Source of the DNA: Octopus sinensis
Lineage: Eukaryota
NCBI RefSeq assembly: GCF_006345805.1
Contig: NC_042999.1
Coordinates: 166,718,001-166,782,000 of the forward strand
Reading direction: 5' to 3'
Length of the DNA: 64,000 nt
Shown piece after piece: positions 56,146-64,000 of the stretch; position 1 is the stretch's first letter; every line of letters begins with the position of its first letter. The translations under genes were made by a program, and so were the position numbers. The notes under the pieces were generated by a model. That model saw only the letters and a program-made list of their open reading frames with translations, searched no databases and had not been told where the DNA came from.

Positions 56146-56424
56146 TATATATGCTTTAAAATTTATTTGCACACATTTTTTATAGAATTCAGCCAGCACT
56201 GAAAGTAATGACATTTCTTATACGAATACGCTGATGTAAACAATGCAATCGAAGATAGAAAAATAATGAGTGTATATGCATATTTCAGTAGTTATTGCTC
56301 TTTTATCAGCACCACATTGTAATGTAGTGTTGATGAAAGAACAATGCCTCTTGAAATATGCATATTCAATAACTCTTCAAATATGCATATACACACACTA
56401 CCTACTTTTATTATTTTCGATCGC

Positions 56425-56565
56425 ATTGAGTTGAAATTCCGCCGAGGTGGACTTTGCCCTTCATCCTTTCTGGGTCGATAAAATAAGTACCAGTTGAACA
56501 CTGAGGTCGATGTAATCGATTCATCCCCAACTACTCCAAGCTGCCCTTGTGGCAAAAATTTAAAA
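56425..56565 (+). mobile_element. SINE body fragment
   Basis: gagttgaaattccgccgagg..gggtcgataaaataagtaccagt. Confidence 0.65.
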
Positions 56566-57640
56566 TAATTATTTTCGATCGCATTGTTTACTTTTTCGTA
56601 TACGAAACGTCGCAACTTTCCGTGCTATCTCAAAATTTTATGGAGAATCCGTAGTAATAAACATAAAAATGAGAACATCGTGCTGCTAACACAAAAGTAA
56701 GGCACGATATCGATTTGTAAACCTTTAATATATTTGGTAGTGGAGTGTGATTGAAAATTGGAATACTGTGTCCTTGCTAGCAATTAACATATGTATATAT
56801 CTATACACTTAGTTTTCCCTTTAAAATTCAAAAAACAAAAAACAAAAACCTAAATTATTTTAGCAAAAAAACACAAAGATGTTACTGTTGTAATGAAAGA
56901 ATTACTTTACATTAATGATATAAATATGAGTATTTGCCATGTATGATACGGCATATGAAGAGTTAAAACATTTTAGCAATGGGAGTGGGTGGCGGTCATA
57001 TTACCTACAGTCCTCAACGGACAAGTAAATAGTTTTTGTCATACCGTATTTTCTTATAGTCGAGGGTCCATACAAATTATATTGTGGTAGCGTATGAGAC
57101 ACTGCTTGTTCCTGGTGTTCTATTTATTTAGGTTAGTAAAAATATTTCGTCGCTATGCATCACACGCTTCTCCCAGTGCGCTGATGACTCTACAACGAAA
57201 GTCTTTCCCATTAAGCGCGAGTTCTTCCATCGGATAAGGCTTTAGCGTTGTTTCGTTCTGTCATTGCCTTCCTTAACTAGATGACCTTCGACAGGTCTTA
57301 TTTTTATCCCTCCTGGGTGTCCAGACACTCTCCTCAAAAGGAGTAGTACGCTACTCAAGTGAAGGAGACAGTTTAGCCGCCAACTACTCGATCATGGAAA
57401 AGGTATTATTGGTTTCTTAGTACCACTTGCAGGTTCAATCAGTCTGTGATGAGATCCCTAACCTGGCACTTTTATCGTTTAAGATCTCGCATTTCGCAGA
57501 CATACATTTTCTTATATAAGGTTTCTACATTGTCTTCTTACAAAATAGGGTGTAAAGTGAAAAGAGGAGAGAAAAGACGAGAAAAATGAAAAAATAAAAA
57601 TAAATGCCCAACGTGAAGTTTGTCTCCATAAGGGTAGTTG

Positions 57641-57813
57641 ATGTATGTATGTATGTATGTATGAATGCAAGCTTGTGTGTGTGTATGTATGTATGTATGT
57701 ATGTATGTATGTGTATGTATGTATGTATGTATGTATGTATGTATGTATGTATGTATGTATTTTGTATGTATTTATGTAGTATGTATGTATGTATGTATGT
57801 ATGTATTTGTATG

Positions 57814-57844
<31 letters not shown>

Positions 57845-58668
57845 TGTATGTATGTATGTATGTGTATGTATGTATGTATGTATGTATGTATGTATGTATA
57901 TGTATTTATGTATGTATGTATGTATGTATGTATGTATGTATGTATGTATGTATTATTTATGTATGTATGTATTATGTATGTATGTATGTATTTATGTATG
58001 TATGTATGTATTATTTATGTATGTATGTATGTATGTAGTTATGTATGTATGTATGTATGTATGTATGTATGTATTTATGTATGTATGTATGTATGTATGT
58101 ATGTATGTATGTATTTATGTATGTATGTATGTATGTATGTATGTATGTATGTATGTATTTATGTATGTATGTATGTATGTATGTAATGTATGTATTTATG
58201 TATGTTGTATGTATGTATGTATGTATTTGTATGTATGTATGTATGTGTGTATGTATGTATGTATTATGTATGCATATATGTATGTATGTATTTATGTATG
58301 TATGTATTATGTATGCATGTATGTATGTATACATGTATGTATGTATTTATGTATGTATGTATTATGTATGTATGTATGTATGTATGTATGTATTTATGCA
58401 TGTATGTATGTATGTATGTATGTATGTTGTATGTATGTATGTATTTATGTATGTATGTATTTATGTATGTATGTATGTATGTATTTATGTATGTATTTAT
58501 GTATGTATGTATGTATGTATGTATGTATGTATGTATGTATGTATGTATGTATGTATGTATTTATGTATGTATGTATGTATGTATGTATGTATGTATGTAT
58601 GTATGTATGTATGTATTATGTATGTATGTATGTATGAATGCAAGCTTGTGTGTATGTATGTATGTATG

Positions 58669-58704
<36 letters not shown>

Positions 58705-59676
58705 TGTATGTATGTATGTATTTATGTATGTATGTATGTATGTATTTATGTATGTATGTATGTATGTATTTATGTATGTATGTATGTATGTATGTATGTA
58801 TGTATGTATTATTTATGTATGTATGTGTGTATGTATGTATGTATGTATGTATGTATGTATGTATGTATGTATGTATGTATTTATGTATGTATGTATGTAT
58901 GTATGTATGTATTTATGTATGTATGTATGTATGTATGTATTTATGTATGTATGTATGTATGTATTTATGTATGTATGTATGTATGTATTTATGTATGTAT
59001 GTATGTATGTATGTATGTATGTATGTATGTATGTATGTATGTATGTATGTATGTATGGATGATGGATGGATGGATGGATGTATGTATGTATGTATGTATG
59101 TATGTATGTATGTATGTATTTATGTATGTATGTATGTATGTATGTATGTATGTATGTATTTATATGTATGTATGTATGTATGTATGTATTTATGTATGTA
59201 TGTATGTATGTATGTATGTATGTATGTATTTATGTATGTATGTATGTATGTATGTATGTATTATGTATGTATTATTTATGTATGTATGTATGTATGTATG
59301 CATGTATGTATGCATGTATGTATGCATGTATGTATGTATGTATGCATGTATGTATGCATGTATGTATGTATGTATGTATGTATGTATGTATGTATGTATG
59401 CATGTATGTATGTATGTTTGTATGTATGTATGTATGTATGCATGTATGTATGCATGTATGTATGTATGCATGTATGTATGCATGTATGTATGTATGTATG
59501 TATGTATGTATGTATGTATGTATGTATGTATGCATGTATGTATGTATGCATGTATGTATGCATGTATGTATGTATGTATGTATGTATGTATGTATGTATG
59601 TATGTATGTATGTATGTATGTTTGTATGTATGTATGTATGTATGTATGTTTGTATGTATGTATGTATGTATGTATG
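57641..59676. repeat. 2-kb interrupted (TATG)n array
   Basis: Directly visible. Confidence 0.98.
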
Positions 59677-60007
59677 TGCGCGCGTGTTGTTGTTGTTATT
59701 TAGTTCCAAGAGCTCTGATCGCTAATATGCAGACTTGGTTGATATGCAGTCATTTCTGCTATTACGCTTTTCATTCAGAAATGTATCTAAGACTACCTTT
59801 TGTATAGTTTCCCTTTATAAAGACGGCAGGATGTGATTTGAGAGAGATTTGGCTACCATTTCCTGGAATGGTTTCACTGACTTTGGAATCGAGAAAGAAG
59901 AGACATCAGATTGAGAATATTTCAACCGTAAAATTGCAGAGACGGAAGAATAAGATTATTCGGTATTCGTAGTATATTCATTATTTTTATATACACATGT
60001 ACGAATG

Positions 60008-60565
<558 letters not shown>

Positions 60566-60680
60566 TATATATAAAAATTCAAGGTGAGTACTTGATAATT
60601 GTAAGCACCTGTATATACCGTTTGGTGGTGTAGGTGGTGGAGTAAATTAATCAAAATTAAAACATGATGCCAAGGATTCA

Positions 60681-60758
60681 GCGGTACATATGTTTCGGGC
60701 CTTTATTAGACGGATTTATAACAATGCATAATGTGTGTCTATGGCCTTCTTCAGCCGC
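60681..60758 (-). ncRNA. Type I hammerhead with enlarged stem II (mirror copy)
   Basis: Reverse complement of 60960-61037. Confidence 0.75.
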
Positions 60759-60959
60759 GCACAATTACTACCTCAAGGACATGTATTACACCAAAAAATT
60801 CTACGTTGGGGATGCAAATCCTCTCAGTCGCGTACGACATAATGCAGTACCAGCACAAAAATGAAGCGTACCGCATTATGTCGTACGCGACTGAGAGGAT
60901 TTGCATCCCCAACGTAGAATGTTTTGGTGTAATACATGTCCTTGAGGTAGTAATTGTGC

Positions 60960-61037
60960 GCGGCTGAAGAAGGCCATAGACACACATTATGCATTGTTAT
61001 AAATCCGTCTAATAAAGGCCCGAAACATATGTACCGC
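60960..61037 (+). ncRNA. Type I hammerhead with enlarged (51-nt) stem II
   Basis: gcgg CTGAAGA a ggcc a tagac...gtcta ataaa ggcc c GAAA catatg TA ccgc. Confidence 0.75.
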
Positions 61038-61067
61038 TGAATCCTTGGCATCATGTTTTTATTTTGA

Positions 61068-61105
<38 letters not shown>

Positions 61106-61217
61106 TGGATGTGTGTATGTGAGTGATTGTGTGTGTGTGTGCGCGGGCGCATGTATGTGTGTATGAGTGTGCATGCACGCGTGCATATGTGTATGTGTGT
61201 GCGTGCATATGTGTGCG

Positions 61218-61253
<36 letters not shown>

Positions 61254-61406
61254 TGTGTGTATTCGGTAAGTCCAGCAAAAAGGTTTTTCTTGAATTCCCT
61301 GTTCTAACACTTCGAATAGCTTATTCGAAATGCTAATGTTTTTCTAAACCTCTGAACCTGAACAAACAATTATATATATATATAATTATATATATATATA
61401 TATAAT

Positions 61407-61786
<380 letters not shown>

Positions 61787-61792
61787 ATATAT

Positions 61793-61855
<63 letters not shown>

Positions 61856-61857
61856 AT

Positions 61858-61933
<76 letters not shown>

Positions 61934-61977
61934 ATATATGCATACATACATACATATTTTATATATATATATATATA

Positions 61978-63188
61978 CGAGAGTTGGATAAAATAATGGA
62001 AACACCTAGCATCCATAGCATCATAATTTATAAATTTATCATAAATTTATATCTATAAAACCGTCAAAAGCTTGTTTAATTTTATGTTTTTTGCTTTATT
62101 ATTAGTGTTTCGTACTATGTTTTGCTAAAATTGCTGTTTCTTTTCAGATATCATTAGAAAAAGGTAATTAAAATTCATTAAAATGACAGATCCATCGGAT
62201 TTTCAAAGAGGTCAAATTGCTGGTGTTCGTATGGCAGGCGTAAAGAAAACAGCCGAAAAGTTTGGTCTATTCGTGTATTAAGAAGTACTGTCTCGAAAGT
62301 AATGACAACCTTTGAGAAAGAGGTAAAAACTTCCTCGTCGAAAGAAAACTCCGGAAGAAAACAAAATTTTCAGATAGGGACCGTCGGACTCTTACGCGAA
62401 TTATTAGAAAGGATCACAAAAGAACAGCTCCCAAAATTACTGCAGAGCTTAATGACCCCCTCGAGAACCCAGTTTCCACAAAAACTGTTTCCCCGAGAGC
62501 TGCAGAAAGCCGGAGTTGACGGGAGGTGCTTCAATCAGAAAACCACTACTTTCAAAAACAAACGTTGCAAAGCGTTTAGGGTGGAGTAAAAACCAACAGA
62601 ATTGGTCCCTAGAGCAGTGAAAGAATGTTATTTTCTTGGACGAGTCATCCTTTACCTTATTTTCGACCACCGGCCGAGTATACGTGTGGAGACAGCCAAA
62701 AGAAGCATTTGACCCAGACTGCCTTCTTCCAACTGTTAAACATGGAGGAGGATCTGTGATGATCTGGTGGTGGAGGGCTATATCTTGGAAATCCACCGGC
62801 CTACTAGTTTCCCTTCGTGGTAGAATTAATAGTCAAGACTATTTAAGCATTTTATCTGATCAGATTCATCCTGTGGTTGCGTTTCCGGAGGGAAACAATC
62901 TTTCAGGATGATAATGCATCAATTCACACAGCTAAAGTTGTTATTGAATGGCATGAGGAACATTCTAGTGAAGTTGAACATCTTATCTGGTCATCACAGT
63001 CCCCAGATCTCAATATTGTTGAACATTTATGGTGCATTTTAGAAAAACAAGTAAGGAGTCGATATCCTCTGCTATCATCACTACAAGAACTGGAGACTGT
63101 TTTAGCTGAAGAGGGGACAAAAATTCCTTCGGAAACAATCCAAACTTTTTACGAGTCCATAACTCGTAGAATTCAAGCTGTAATTATA
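61978..63188 (+). mobile_element. Decayed Tc1-like transposon, right end missing
   Basis: ATG 62183 MTDPSDFQRGQIAG; FLDESSF, TVKHGGGSVMIW, FQDDNASIH, SPDLNIVEHLW, RRIQAVI; frameshifts. Confidence 0.9.
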
Positions 63189-63241
63189 TAATGCTAATTT
63201 ATTAAGTAGCCAGAAAATAGATTTGGTATTAATCTTTATTT

Positions 63242-63347
63242 TGTACTACGATCGTTTCGACCCATCCTGCAGCTGTCCCTTATGTATGGAACTCCGTTCA
63301 ACATGTTGTATTGCATCTATTTGCAGTCTGACTCTCATCAGATGCAT
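63242..63347 (-). ncRNA. Type I hammerhead with enlarged stem II (diverged mirror copy)
   Basis: Reverse complement: tgcat CTGATGA gagtca...tgggtc GAAA cgatcg TA gtaca. Confidence 0.65.
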
Positions 63348-63479
63348 CCATCCATGAAGTTGTGTCTCGCTAAAGATCCTGAGTTTAGTCTGTCATGTTG
63401 ATTCTCCAACCAGACGGGCACATAACAACATGACAGCCTGAATTCAGGATCTTTAGTGAGGCACAACTTTATGCATGGA

Positions 63480-63585
63480 TGCACCTGATGAGACCCAGTT
63501 TGCAAAATGGATGCAATACAACAAGTTGAACGGAGTTCCATACATAATCGACAGCTGCAGGATGGGTCGAAACGATCGTAGTACA
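63480..63585 (+). ncRNA. Type I hammerhead with enlarged (77-nt) stem II
   Basis: tgcac CTGATGA gaccca...tgggtc GAAA cgatcg TA gtaca. Confidence 0.75.
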
Positions 63586-63788
63586 AAATAAAGATCAATA
63601 GCAAATTCATCTTCTGGTTAATTAATAAATTATCATTATCTCAACTAATACTGCGGAGTTCCTGAAGCAGATCTAACGGAAACACATCTCAACAGCGGAT
63701 GACATCAAGTAGCCCAAACTGTGCCAGTGCTCTACTCAACACTTCAACACACTAATCGATATACACCCATTAGTCCACACACACACAC

Positions 63789-63822
<34 letters not shown>

Positions 63823-64000
63823 TTAGATTATAAGAGGTAATGGTGTCATTGAGACCCAAAGGTGTCAGGTAATACTGAATAAGTGTTATAGACAGACCAT
63901 AGTTAAGTTCCAGGTTCGGTAATTTTGCGAATAAGGGGTTCAACGTTGGTCATATGTCAGCGTGTGTATATAAGAATTTTTTACGTAATGAGATAAAAAA

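Larger units (their letters stand above)
60570..61072. mobile_element. Palindromic hammerhead-bearing insert (arms 60646-60850 and 60868-61072; left tail 60570-60645) with TA-rich flanks
   Basis: 205-bp arms, few mismatches, 17-bp spacer. Confidence 0.92.
63188..63770. mobile_element. Older palindromic hammerhead-bearing insert (arms ~63188-63400 and ~63426-63639; right tail beyond)
   Basis: Clearly inverted but diverged arms, 25-bp spacer; tail end approximate. Confidence 0.85.

Noticed and set aside
57181-57220. ctgatga ctctacaac gaaa hammerhead-like spacing
   Set aside because: No convincing stem II or stem I/III pairing
50854-59807. Long ORFs of up to 552 aa (MYVCMYVC...)
   Set aside because: Translations of stop-poor (TATG)n arrays, not genes
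60664-61222. Mirror-image ORFs on both strands
   Set aside because: Consequence of the palindrome; no recognisable protein

Overview
AT-rich, microsatellite-dense eukaryotic DNA, most likely an octopus/coleoid cephalopod intron or intergenic region (inferred from the SINE families and repeat landscape). No host protein-coding gene can be confidently called; nearly all long ORFs in the track are microsatellite artefacts or decayed transposon ORFs. The window holds decayed R4/Dong-like, Tx1/L1-like and RTE LINEs, Penelope-like element (PLE) remnants, mariner, Tc1, pogo/Tigger and hAT fragments, non-autonomous Helitrons and many tRNA-derived SINEs. The most striking signal is a set of short non-coding palindromic inserts (33184, 43141, 55363, 60646, 61432, 63188) from five unrelated sequence families. 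Most sit in (TA)n tracts. Each arm carries an outward-pointing type I hammerhead ribozyme (HHR) motif with a self-complementary stem III, and only one arm has an extra tail of ~70-100 bp or more. Three families have greatly enlarged stem II domains (51-77 nt), and three families show a CCGANGA core variant. HHRs and inverted pLTRs are established PLE features, so these are best read as PLE-derived or PLE-mobilised ribozyme palindromes. All ribozyme folds were drawn by eye and none is tested.
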